The translations under genes and the position numbers were made by a program. From Hormiphora californensis (lineage: Eukaryota; Animalia; Ctenophora), in the NCBI GenBank assembly GCA_020137815.1, contig CM035352.1, positions 5,580,001 to 5,644,000 of the forward strand: a stretch of DNA of 64,000 bases, read 5' to 3'. The notes beneath the pieces are model-generated. The model was not told where the DNA came from and made no database searches. It was given only the letters and a program-made list of their open reading frames with translations. Below, piece by piece: positions 9,401 to 21,400 of this stretch; position 1 is the stretch's first letter; every line of letters begins with the position of its first letter.

Positions 9401-12400
9401 AGCATTTTCATTTTTGGTCATTTTTCGGTGCGCAAGCCAATCAGAGGCCTGGATTTCGAAATAAAGGCCTCTGATTGGCTCGCGCACCGAAAATTGACCA
9501 AAATTGAAGATGCTCAAGCCCAAACTTCCCGATAAGATAGAAAGCTAATTCCGGTTGCGTTGGATTCGTCTTGAAAATGTGATTCAGAAAAGCTCCGTGC
9601 TCCTAGTGGGTTTCAGACCACAGTCAGATCCGGTTATCAAACAGACCGATACCACTGCACTTGAGGTATCACGTATCGGCATGAGGTACACCGAATCGTG
9701 AGCAGTATCCCGTATCGGTTGATGTTGTAAGAGGTTCCGCTGCTAATGAGGCACACCGAATCGTGAGCAGTATCCCGTATCGGGGCTCAGTGCTCACGAT
9801 TCGGTGTACCTCATTAGCGGCAGAACCGCTTACAATGTGAACTGATACGACGGTATCCCAGTATATCGCTCCTACTTAATAATGAGGAAGTGAACTTACA
9901 AGAGAGTTTACAGACCCATTGGACGGCTCTGCACACTCTTCCCCGACACCATAAACAATCGGATGAACGAACCTGCCACAAAATCCGCCAAACTGGCAAT
10001 ATCTCAAATGGAGAGCCTTTCAACAGAGCAACTAAATGTGGACAAGTTATTTGATTTGTGTTTTTAGTTTTATTCTCTTGAAATTGGTGTATTCCTTGTC
10101 TACTCACAAATGTCTTCATTTTCCATGTATCGTTACTTGAAAAATGAAGAAAACCTTCCCCGAATCGTGTCTCATATCGCCTAACCATCCTAATAAGCTT
10201 CACCGAATCATGTTCCATAACCCGTATCGTCTCACACTGCCAATAATGCGTCCCTGAATCGTATCTCATAACCATCACCCCAATTAGAAACACTAACAAA
10301 ATTTTTGTTAGTGAAAATTGTTAGTGAAAACACTAACAAAATTTTTGTTAATGAAAATTGTTAGTGAAAACACTAACAATTTTTTTGTTAGTCTTTTTTG
10401 TTAGTGAAAACACTAACAATTTTTTTGTTAGTGACGTCACTAACAAAAAACACTAACAAAAAAATTGTTAGTGTCGGCCATTCCTAACATGACAGTGCCA
10501 AAAATTTCCATTGATACCCACTTTTTTGTTGTTATGTTCTAACCCTCCCTTTACATTTGGGGCGTGCGAAAAACAGTCTAACTTAGCAACTTTTTTGGCA
10601 AATGGAAATTTTATATTGGAAATTTTTAGAAATTTTTAGAAGTTTTTGGAAATTTTTGGAAATTTTTAGAATTTTTTGGAAATTTTTAGAAATTTTTAGA
10701 AATTTTTAGAAATTTATGGACGATGGAAATTTTTGGAAGTTTTTAGTAAATGGAAATTTTTAGAAATTTTTAGAAATTTTTAGAAGTTTTTAGAAGTTTT
10801 TAGAAGTTTTTCGGTAACCCAATTGTAAGCTAATAATAGGTAATCTTTGCATGTTTTCGACAGTAAGTTAGTTATACAAGCTACATCCATGATCTACATT
10901 GTTATGTTCTAACCCTCCCTTTACATTTGTAAGGGGCGTGCGAAAAACAGTCTAACTTAGCAAGATCTACAGTGATCTAGCTTAAAAAAGAGTTTAAAGT
11001 TTCTATTTTGTATGCTAAGAAACCCGATCTACTACGGTATTAGGCATTCCGTCCGAAGGAATGTAAGGTATCTTGTGCTATTTGGTAACTTACTTTTCAA
11101 TAAGTTTTCGAGACGCCCTTAGTTGGCCTTAGTTGGCCAATGAATCTATGATTTCTGAAGAAATTGTACGGATTGCCAAAAAATATATGATCTCGATGTT
11201 TTTGACCTATTATTAAATGATTTATTGATGCTCAGTGCTCACAAGAGGTAAGGAAAAGTAACCAGTTCTGCGACAACTGTGTTTGTATATTTTCATGTTT
11301 TTGTTAGTTTTTCTTTTCTTGATCAATGGAAATTTTTGGAAATTTTTGGAAATTTTTAGAAATTTTTGGAAATTAATGGAAATTTTTGGAAATTTTTAGA
11401 AATTTTTGGAAATTTTTAATACTAAAAACTTCTAAAAATTTCTAAAAATTTCTAAAAATTTCCATCGATACCCGGATTTTGGCAAATGGAAATGGAAATT
11501 TTTAGGTTGAACCCCCCCAAGCCACCTAGTAGACCTAGTTGAGTCCACTACTGCAGAGTAGACAGTAGACCTAGAGTCCCAGTACAGATAGCTCGCTGCT
11601 TACTACCTACAATATTGCAGGAAGTACGGCCGTATACAGCTCAGGATGATTCCCTGCCTCCCTCTCCACCAACCACTCTGGATCTTAGCTGCGAACTAGG
11701 TAAGTTGTTAGTTGGTTTTCCTAGTGGATGCCCAGGATACCCAGAGATATTGCCCATCCAGGATTAGTTTAGGGTATCTTACTTCTCTAGTTCTTACGAC
11801 AAACTTCAAGTCGCCTACCAATGTAACGAACAGACAATTCTTTATCAGAGCTGAGAAACAGTAGTATCATATTTCTTCAGGTTCAGTCCCTGATAGTTAT
11901 ACTGGTGGGGAGAACCCCCTTACCACTGACACCACACTTGGGGAGACTACCTCTGAGGTTTCTACAGCTGAGGAGGAGGAGACTACTGGGGATCAGGATG
12001 AGGAGACTGGTTCAGTGGTTTGTGAAGAGAGGAGTGTGGAGGTAGATGGTGGATTGAGTCCTACTGTTACTAAGAGTGAGGAGCAAGTAAAAAGGCCGAC
12101 AGTTTCGTTTGTACATGGCGACCCCTACGCTGATGAATGCGGCCCTTATAGTTTGGATTATCCTGATGGCTCTAATAGCTCTGCTGGGGTTAGTTTGGAA
12201 TCAGACCCCCCTGAAACCCTTACCAGTGCAGCTACTAGAGAGGAGGAGGAAGTTCTTGCTGTTGAGCCAATAACTCAGCCAACTGGGGTTCCCTCTGCGC
12301 TGGATATTATCAGTAGCTCCCCCAGTGATGCAACTATAGATGGTAAGTAGTTGTTATCAGGAACCGACCGAACCAAGTAAACAACCAATCAGAGCTCGTT

Positions 12401-15400
12401 ATTTAGGTCACGTGACTGGTTATCAGCCAATCAGGGACCAGTATTTCCTGATTCGGTCGGTTCCTGGTTGTTATGTCCTCGCCCTCCTTTGAGAGGGTGA
12501 AGGAAGACACTCCTAACCCCCTTTTCTCTCTAGATGACCCGTCTGAAACACTACCTAGGAGCAGTGAAGTTATCAGTAAACCATATACTGCAGATGTTCA
12601 GAGGCATCTTGATAAAAAGAGGCTCAGTCTCCCCGCTCCACCACTAGAACATGATATGCGGAGAGGCAGGTACTTTGTATGTGGGATGTCTACAATTTCT
12701 AGAGTTTATTTGGGTCATTACTAGCTACTAGTAGTTATTGTTTCCAATTAACAGTGGCGATAACACTCAATGGGGTAGATCACAAACAGTAGTGGGCCGC
12801 CTCCCCCGTCGTCCCCCTCCACTTGGTGGATCAGCTGATACCATGGGTAGGTCCTTCAATTATCAAGTTAATTAATCAATTAAATCATGCAATAATCAAT
12901 TAAATCGTGCAATAATCAATTAAATCATGCACTAAATCAATTAAATCATGCAATAATCAAGTAAATCATACAATAAATCAATTAAATCATGCAATAATCA
13001 ATTAAATCATGCAATGAATTGATATATTTTCAGAGGGGGGTCCAGTGTTTTATGACGACTATTTTGGAGACACTGTGTCAGTTTGTTCAGATACCTCTTC
13101 CATACCTAACAGCAGGTAATAACTCTCAACTAACACAGTGATCAGCTTTTAGTACAGATTCCATGACACTAAAATTTTATAGATTAATTTTCTGGGTTAG
13201 AATACATAAAATGATCCTCCCGCGCAATTACAAGAATCATGTAACGCGCATTGAAGGTCATATAAAGAAAGTACATCACAGTATGCTCCAGCTCCGCGCG
13301 CCCAGCATTATCTTCCTTTCCAGCGGCTGCTGCCCTATGTGTCACTGTGGCTCAGTGGCTGCCTTATTATGTGACTCACAGGGGAGGGGGGGGGGGGGGT
13401 GAGGGTGGTGACATGATAAATTGTTAATGTTGTTAAACCTTCACCACTTTTTTGAGTTAACATCGATTAATAAAATGAGAAAATCTTTAGATAACGGTCT
13501 GGTGAAGTTTTTGAATATTGCTCTATATTTTATGCAATTGTACAATTATTTATTGGATGGTTTGGTGGTCCGACATACAAGTTTTTTGGCCCAAAATCGA
13601 TGAAAACCAAATTCATGAGTGTTCTTAAGTTTTAATGGTGGGAAAATGTGGATTAGGGTATCGCGGTTTAGTTTGGCTAGTTTTTATTTAAATTTAAACA
13701 ATGGAGCAAATCACTGTGTAAGGTGGTAATAAACGTCCTTAGGGGTATGCAAATCCTGCAGAAGGAACACCTTTGCTTGCAGAACAACATGCTACAAGTG
13801 TTCAATACCAAAAACATGCGATAAAGGGGATTTAGATGGCATAAATGGCATTTATTAATGTTTGTTAATAGTGTATAATGTTAACCCTTCACCAAATTGT
13901 TCGATGTTAATTTTAACATGATTAACAAAATTATCGTGTCAAGCCCCCCTCCCCTCCGACTCACACTGCCTGCTGTGCCACTGTGGCTGCCTTATTGTGT
14001 GTCTCACACTGCCTGCTGTGCCACTGTGGCTGTCTTATTGTGTGTCTCACACTGCCTGCTGTGCCACCTGTTAGCAGGGATGCTGTGCCAGATAAATTGT
14101 CCACAAAATAATAATAATAATAATAATAATATCTAGACTTGTATCCTGCCCAGATCCCCCAGGGACAGCATAGCATAGCTAATACTGCCACTGAGGGATA
14201 ATCAGAGCAGTTTACTCACACACTCAACCAAAATTAGATTCAAAAACGGTGGTAAAAACCAAATTAACCTGCTCTCATGAGATGGAAGAAATACAATCGG
14301 ATTCATAACAGACATAAATGGTAAGAAGACAAAAAATGTAGCTTCAAAAAAAAAATATCCTCTACAACCTTTACACCTCTCCAAAGAACTTTATCAGATC
14401 AAAAAAGGTTCAGATAAATCTCTGAACCACCCTCAACACAGACATCGCCCAGGAAAAAGCGGAAACTGAACACTGAATAAAAATAGTATTACACACTCAG
14501 ACACTCGTGCTTCAAACCCAAAAAGATGTGCTAGAAAAACTTGTCACGAGGGACACACAGTACAAACACACGTCTTACCTGATAGACAGTATAACAGCGA
14601 GTGATAGGATAGCGATAGGGGAAATCCGGAAAGAGGAAAGACACAACTAGTCAGCCCCAAAGGATTCCACGAACAGTCTTGTCTTGAGACGGGTCTTAAA
14701 CGATTCCACAGTGGTCAACGACCTCAGATCGAGGGGGAGGGCATTCCAAAGGTCCGGTAGGAGAACTGACGGTCTCCTCTTCCTCAGTTTAGAACTGGCA
14801 TTCACACTCGACAGTTTGGGGTACCGGAGCTTAAAGAGATCGGGCACAGTAGTCGCTCTGGTCCGGCGGGGTACATCCAGTACATTGTCCGCAGGTATTT
14901 GCTCACAGAGGTAGTCTGGAGCACTTCCATGTATGATCTTGTAGGCCATAAGACATGATTTGAAGACAACACGTTGCTCAATAGGGAGAATGTGAGTCTC
15001 TCTCAGGTAGGGCAGGTAATCATCTTGATGACCATGCAGTCCATAGATGAACCTAACACAGGAATTGAGCACCTTCTGAAGGCGGGCAATGAGCTTCTTT
15101 GGAAGACCTCCATAAAGGATATTACAATAATCCAGTCGGGAGATAACAAGCTGCTTCACCAAGAGAACTTTGGTGGAGAAGTCCAGACAACGATTGACCT
15201 GCCATAAATTCTTCAACAGCATTCCACAATGTTTTCTCACACTGTTCACCTGACGCTCCAAAGTCAAGTTTTCATCCATGTAAATACCCAGAGTCTTGCC
15301 CGAAGTACCCTTGAAGTCAATAGGACCGATATCCACATCTCCAAACCTAACCGACGGTTCAAAAGTAAGCTTATCGATAGCACTACTTTTACCCAGGATG

Positions 15401-18366
15401 AGAAGTTCCGTCTTCGACTCATTGCATTTCAACCAGTGCTTGACCATCCATGCCTTGAGGCGATCAAGACATTCCTCAACATTCCTCTTCGTTCCTTTCC
15501 ATTGGTCTTCATCACAGGGAACCAGACTCACATAAATCTGTGAGTCATCTGCATATAGCTTAATTTTAAGCCCATATGCACGCACCAGATCCTGAAGTTC
15601 CTCCACATAGAGAAGAAACAAGACTGGACCAAGAAGGGATCCTTGGGGTACCCCACATATCAAATAAATCATCCTTGATAGTTCTCCTCGCACGTTCACT
15701 CTGAAGTTCCTCGATCCAAGATAACTGATAAACCACTGAAGGGCTGCTCCTCTTACTCCAAACCTCCTACTCAGAACGTCCACAAGCTTAGAATGATCCA
15801 CAGTGTCAAAGGCAGCCGACATATCCAAAAGAAGAAGGGCAACAATATTACCCTTGTCCATTTCCTGTAAAAGGTCATCAAACATTCCCATAAGTAGAGT
15901 CTCGCAACTATGGCCTACCCTGTACCCCGACTGGTGAGAGTTCAGTAAGTCATTCTCCTGAAGGAACTCGTTGAGCTGGTCAAGTACCACCTTCTCAAGA
16001 ACTTTTGAGATAAATGGTAGGTTCGATACCGGGCGATAGTTAGATAGGCTGTCCCTATCCCCATTAGGGTTCTTAATGGTGGGAAAAACAAAGGCTTGCT
16101 GAAACGTCTCTGGAACAACAGCTTTGCGAAGAGAGGAGTTAATAACTCTTGTAAACAGAGGAGCAAAAACTTCGATACACTCTTTAATCATCCACGTTGG
16201 TATCAGGTCCAGATCACACGTCTTATCCGCCATATCCTTCACTATCCTCTTAATCTCCTCACAAGAGACTTCCCTGAATTCCTCGAACGTACAATTCCTA
16301 ACCGAGTCCTCAAGAGATTCCACATCCTCATAAGCATGCTCCTCTGCAGTAACAGAATTTCTGATTTTCTCAACTTTACCAGTAAAGAAGTCCGCAAAAT
16401 CCTCAGCAAGTTTACGATCACATCCTGTTTCAGGTAGTACTACCTCACTTTTTCCCAGCAGTCGGTTGAGTTTCCTCTGTAGGCCATTGGAGTCCCCTTT
16501 AGATTCTTCGAGATCTGCTTTGACGTAGTTAATCCTCGCTTCCTTGTCAACTTTTCCAAACATCTTCTTCATAGCATTGTACTGCTTCTTCGTGATGGGG
16601 GTTTTATTACCCTCCCACGCCCTCTCAGCACACCGACGGAGTCTAAGTGCCTGTCTGACCTCCTCATTGTCTCTCCACGGGCGAAGCTTCTTAACTTTCT
16701 TTCTCCTCCTCAATGGGACAGTAGTATCCACTAATTCCTCTAGTTCTCGCTCATAGATCTCAAAGTTCTCTTCAGGGGAGTCCTCCAGCATACGATCCTC
16801 AAGATTCAGTCCTCTAACGGCTTTAGTAAACAAAACTGGGTCCACTGATTTGAAGTCTCTGTAGGTATTGACACGATTTCGGTCCTGCATGTTGCCATGC
16901 CTGGTTTCCAGGGAAACCTCACTCAAGACTAGGAAATGATCGGATTCAGTCCCATCAGGGTAAATCTCCAAGGATTTGACTTTTTCCTCCACTTCCTTCG
17001 GGCAAACCACTAGATCAAGTGTACCTCCACGATTGTGGGTAGGCTGCCTAGGAACAAGCTGAGAAAATTCCAGAGAGTCCAGGAGTTCAGCTAGCTTTCT
17101 GGTGTAGAAATTTTTCCCATCCTGCCACTGGAAATTAAAATCACCCATGATCAGAGGAAGACCTGTTTTTGACACCAGTTCAGAGAGATAATCCGCGAAT
17201 TCATCCAGGAACTTCGCCTCAGTAAACCGAGCTTTACCCGTATAGGGGGGTCTGTAAATATTACATAACCGAGTGAGATCGGCACCGTCCCCAATTAAAA
17301 CCTCCTGTATCTGAAAAGACACAAAATTCCGAACAGGTGACAGCCTGACCTTCACTCCATCCCGGTAGAGAATACCTATTCCTCCTCCCGCTCTCTCCGC
17401 TCTTGGTGATGAAAAGATATTCCAGCCATAATCTCGTATCTCCTGAAGTTTAGCTGTATCCGTATTCTTTAGGTATGTTTCCTGAATTAGACATATACCT
17501 TACTCTCGTTAATTAAGCTCGCATATTTCAAGAAACTTTTAAATAAGGAACTTTTTTACAAGAAACCCCAAAATTTAGACACCCTAAAAATAAGAAACTC
17601 TCTCGTTTATTAAGAAACTGAAAAAATAAGAAACCAAAATTAAGAAACTAAAAAAATAAGAAACCAAAAATAAGAAACCCCAAAAATAAGAAACCCCAAA
17701 AATAAGAAACCCCAAAATTAAGAAACCCCAAAAATAAGAAACCCCAAAATTAAGAAACCCCAAAATTAAGAAACCCCAAAATTAAGAAACCCCAAAATTA
17801 AGAAACCCCAAAAATAAGAAACCCCAAAAATAAGAAACCCCAAAATTAAGAAACCCCAAAATTAAGAAACCCCAAAAATAAGAAACCCCAAAAATAAGAA
17901 ACCCCAAAATTAAGAAACCCCAAAAATAAGAAACTCGAAAAATAAGAAACTCGAAAAATAAGAAACCTAATTAGGGGAGGGCCTCAAAAAGCCCTAAAAT
18001 GGACATTTTTGACAACACAGACCAAATGCGGCAAAATAACGCAATTTAAACTAGGTAAAATGTTGTTTAGGCTATTTCGAAGGTGTGGTCTAACGGTTGA
18101 CAGGTTACGGAATGGTGGCCGGAATAAGAAAGCTGAGACAAGGGGGGTTAAACACAAAACAAAACAACTGCAATGAACTGCTTGTGTGTTAACATTCAGA
18201 ACTGTTGCAGAATGCAGAGGCCCGTTTCTTATCTCTGTTTTCAAGATGGGTGTGTCGCCCTGCTTTCTCTCCCAATCTCTCTTCCTATCTCGTCCTCTTT
18301 TTCTTTCTTTATCATTGATGATGTCTGCGTGTGCGTGTTAGAGAGAGAGAGAGAGAGAGTGTGTGT

Positions 18367-18403
<37 letters not shown>

Positions 18404-21400
18404 AGAGAGATAGAGATAGAGAGAGATACTAAGAAGCAAAGCGAGTGTTAAAACACAATCTAAGAGTGGGTGGGTACGAAAAGATAAGGTATTAGACCAG
18501 AATGTAGCTCGACAGTGGGGGGTACGAAAAGATAAGAAGTGATACTGAGTGTGAGAAGGGAAAAAGGGGGGGGGGAAAGAGATGAAACAAAAATGACGAC
18601 ACGAAAGCAAGAAATCATGAACACAAAACACACGGATTTGAGAGAGTGCAAGAGATAGATGAACGAGATAGGGATCGGGAGGTGCTCATGCGTGACAGAC
18701 CTCCACGCACGTGACTTAGAATGCTCGCACCCAATTGGCTGATCATAGTGAAAGTGAAAGTGACCATAAATGCAGCAATTTGATTGGCTGCGCTGACTGA
18801 GTTTGTGATTGGGGGCGGGAACTGGGAAGAGAGAGAGAGAGAGAGGGTAGAGAGAGAGAGAGGGAGAGAGAAAGCAGGGCGACACACCCATCTTGAAAAC
18901 AGAGATAAGAAACGGGCCTCTGCAATGCATTCTGCAACAGTTCTGAATGTTAACACACAAGCAGTTCATTGCAGTTGTTTTGTTTTGTGTTTAACCCCCC
19001 TTGTCTCAGCTTTCTTATTCCGGCCACCATTTCGTAACCTGTCAACCGTTAGACCATACCTTCGAAATAGCCTAAACAACATCATACTACTTACTAAGCA
19101 AATTGTGTAACGGTGATCACCTAGCAACTACACTTGCACGTGCAATTATTAGAGAGACTTGGAGAGATCTCTCCCGGTTGTAGTTGGGTACCAAGGGCGA
19201 ATTCAATTCTGCACGTGCATTTACTTCTGTCCTTATGCCTAGCTCTTCCACCCCAATCGCTATTCGACAACGGTTATATGGGTCCAGAAGATCTGCTGCT
19301 GTCAGAGAGCAGGCTAGAGAATATGACAGATTACGCCAACGTGTTCAAGCGAGCCAATCAACCACTGAGGATAGCTTTACCCAACGTCGCCCAAGGGTGA
19401 TTACTCCAGTCGAATATAGAAATCTCCGAATCGGCTACATAGCGGTCAACTTTTCACGTGATGAGTTTCTGGAACAGCACTGCATCTCCATGACATTGAT
19501 CTCTTAAATTCGGACCTTGACATTGTCAGGAAGCCCAGAGCGTACAACAACATGAGTAGGGAGAAAGTGAGAGATAGGCTAGGAACGGATGGTGCAGGTG
19601 ATGTCAGCGTTCCCTAATCAAGCTACCATTTCCCCGAAATTCGCCCGTAGGGCGAACGGGCCTACTAGTTTTACCTAGTTTAAATTGCGTTATTTTGCTG
19701 CATTTGGTCTGTGTTGTCAAAAATGTCCATTTTAGGGCTTTTTGAGGCCCTCCCCTAATTAGGTTTCTTGTTTTTCGAGTTTCTTATTTTTGGGGTTTCT
19801 ACTTTCTTATTTTTCGAGTTTCTTATTTTTCGAGTTTCTTATTTTTGGGGTTTCTTATTTTTCGAGTTTCTTATTTTTCGAGTTTCTTATTTTTGGGGTT
19901 TCTTAATTTTGGGGTTTCTTAATTTTGGGGTTTCTTATTTTTGGGGTTTCTTATTTTTGGGGTTTCTTAATTTTGGGGTTTCTTATTTTTGGGGTTTCTT
20001 ATTTTTGGGGTTTCTTATTTTTGGGGTTTCTTAATTTTGGGGTTTCTTATTTTTGGGGTTTCTTAATTTTGGGGTTTCTTAATTTTGGGGTTTCTTAATT
20101 TTGGGGTTTCTTATTTTTGGGGTTTCTTATTTTTGCGTTTCTTATTTTTGGGGTTTCTTATTTTTGCGTTTCTTATTTTTGGGGTTTCTTACTTTCTTGG
20201 GGGAGTTTCTTATTTTGGGGTGTCTTATTTAATGTGTTTCCACATTTCCCGTTTCTTATAAAAAAATTTCTTCCTAAAGCGTTTCTTAATTAGCGAGAGT
20301 AAGGTATCACATTTCTTATCCTCAAGATGTGTAATGACCCCAGACGTTTTGTTCTGAATGGAGTGTACATTTAATGTACCGATCCTCCACGTCTCTTTAC
20401 TTTCAGATCTTCCCACGCCCTCGTCAGATAGGAGTTTTTTCGCTCCTTTGTGACTCCACTTGTGTTCTCCATGAGTCGTCCTCTAGCATTCACATAATGC
20501 GGACACAAGTTGCTTGATGCTGGGTGAGATTTCGCATATCTCTTATCCTCTTTGCTACCTCCAACATCACAGTTGACACACTTCATTCTACCAAGATCAT
20601 TGTCCTTCTTCGCATTACACTGTCTGGTGTCATGGTCCCCTGAACAGAATGCACAGGTGGGACTCTTATCTTTGTTAGGACAGTAAACGGATCCTGCAAC
20701 ATGTCCATATCGCTGACAATGGAAGCATTGTGTCACATAGAATCTGTCCTTCACAATATGCTGTCGTAGTTTCAGGAAAATCCTGTCTCGGTTGTTGGCA
20801 ATCATTGTCCGAATTTCGGGTGCAACCTTGATCACTGCATACTTCCCTGGGATATTGACGTGTACAACATTGATCGCCTGCCCTGCCTGATGTAGCCTCT
20901 TAATTCCCTCATTTTTATCACTAAGGATGGCATCCATCAGCGCATCCTTGTTCAATAGATCCTGGTCAAGATCAGAAATCATCAGTCGAGGGTCTCTCTT
21001 CTTCTGTTTCTCAACTACCGGAGTGACATCCAGAAAAGGTGATAGAGCCTTCTCTGCCTCCTTCAGATCATCATCAGTCTCAAAGAACAATTGAGTGTGC
21101 TTCCTATTCACGGAAGTATCAAGAACAGGAATGTTCTTCAACGCCTTCTCCACTTTCGATCTCACCACAGTGGTCCATTTCTCCTCACACATAGGGGTCG
21201 CTCCTTCATCACTTGTGTCTTTGATATTTACATACCGTTTGACAGGGGTTGGTGGTGATGGTTTCTTAGCCAGGTGATCTATACTTCGACTGGTACCACT
21301 TCCATTCTCCTCTTGGCTAACTTTCAATATTTCACTCACTTTTGGGGCTACAAGTCCAGGGAGGCTATCAATCAGGTCTTGTTTCAGTTTAGAGAAACTG

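Larger units (their letters stand above)
8066..10499. mobile_element. Foldback element with ~470-bp inverted arms, GG termini and 8-bp TSD (Merlin-like, non-autonomous)
   Basis: GGCACTGT...TAGGAATGGCCGACACTAAC termini; TSD AAAAATTT at 8058-8065 and 10500-10507. The arms explain the twin ORFs 8914-9234(+) and 9814-10299(-). Superfamily inferred from TSD and termini only. Confidence 0.7.
8042..11518. mobile_element. Non-autonomous DNA element with GGGGGGGTTCAACC(C)TAAAAATTTCCATT TIRs and 6-bp TSD; hosts several nested elements
   Basis: TSD AAGCCA at 8036-8041 and 11519-11524. The left TIR is restored once the 8066-10499 insert is removed. Internal (GAAATTTTTA/G)n tandem arrays. Confidence 0.75.
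14647..20416 (-). pseudogene. L2 ORF2 (endonuclease + RT), split by a DNA-transposon insertion near its N-terminus
   Basis: N-terminal IGTLNVHSIQNK at 20416-20305; remainder 17497-14647 with IYRPP, GDFN, TLDL, SDH, YRPVSNL, LLDMSAAFDTVDH, GVPQGS, LYADD, SRLDYCN, FKTRLKT. Confidence 0.9.

Noticed and set aside
8914-10299. Twin ORFs MLVFLIGVMVMRYDSG on opposite strands
   Set aside because: By-product of foldback arms; no recognisable domain.
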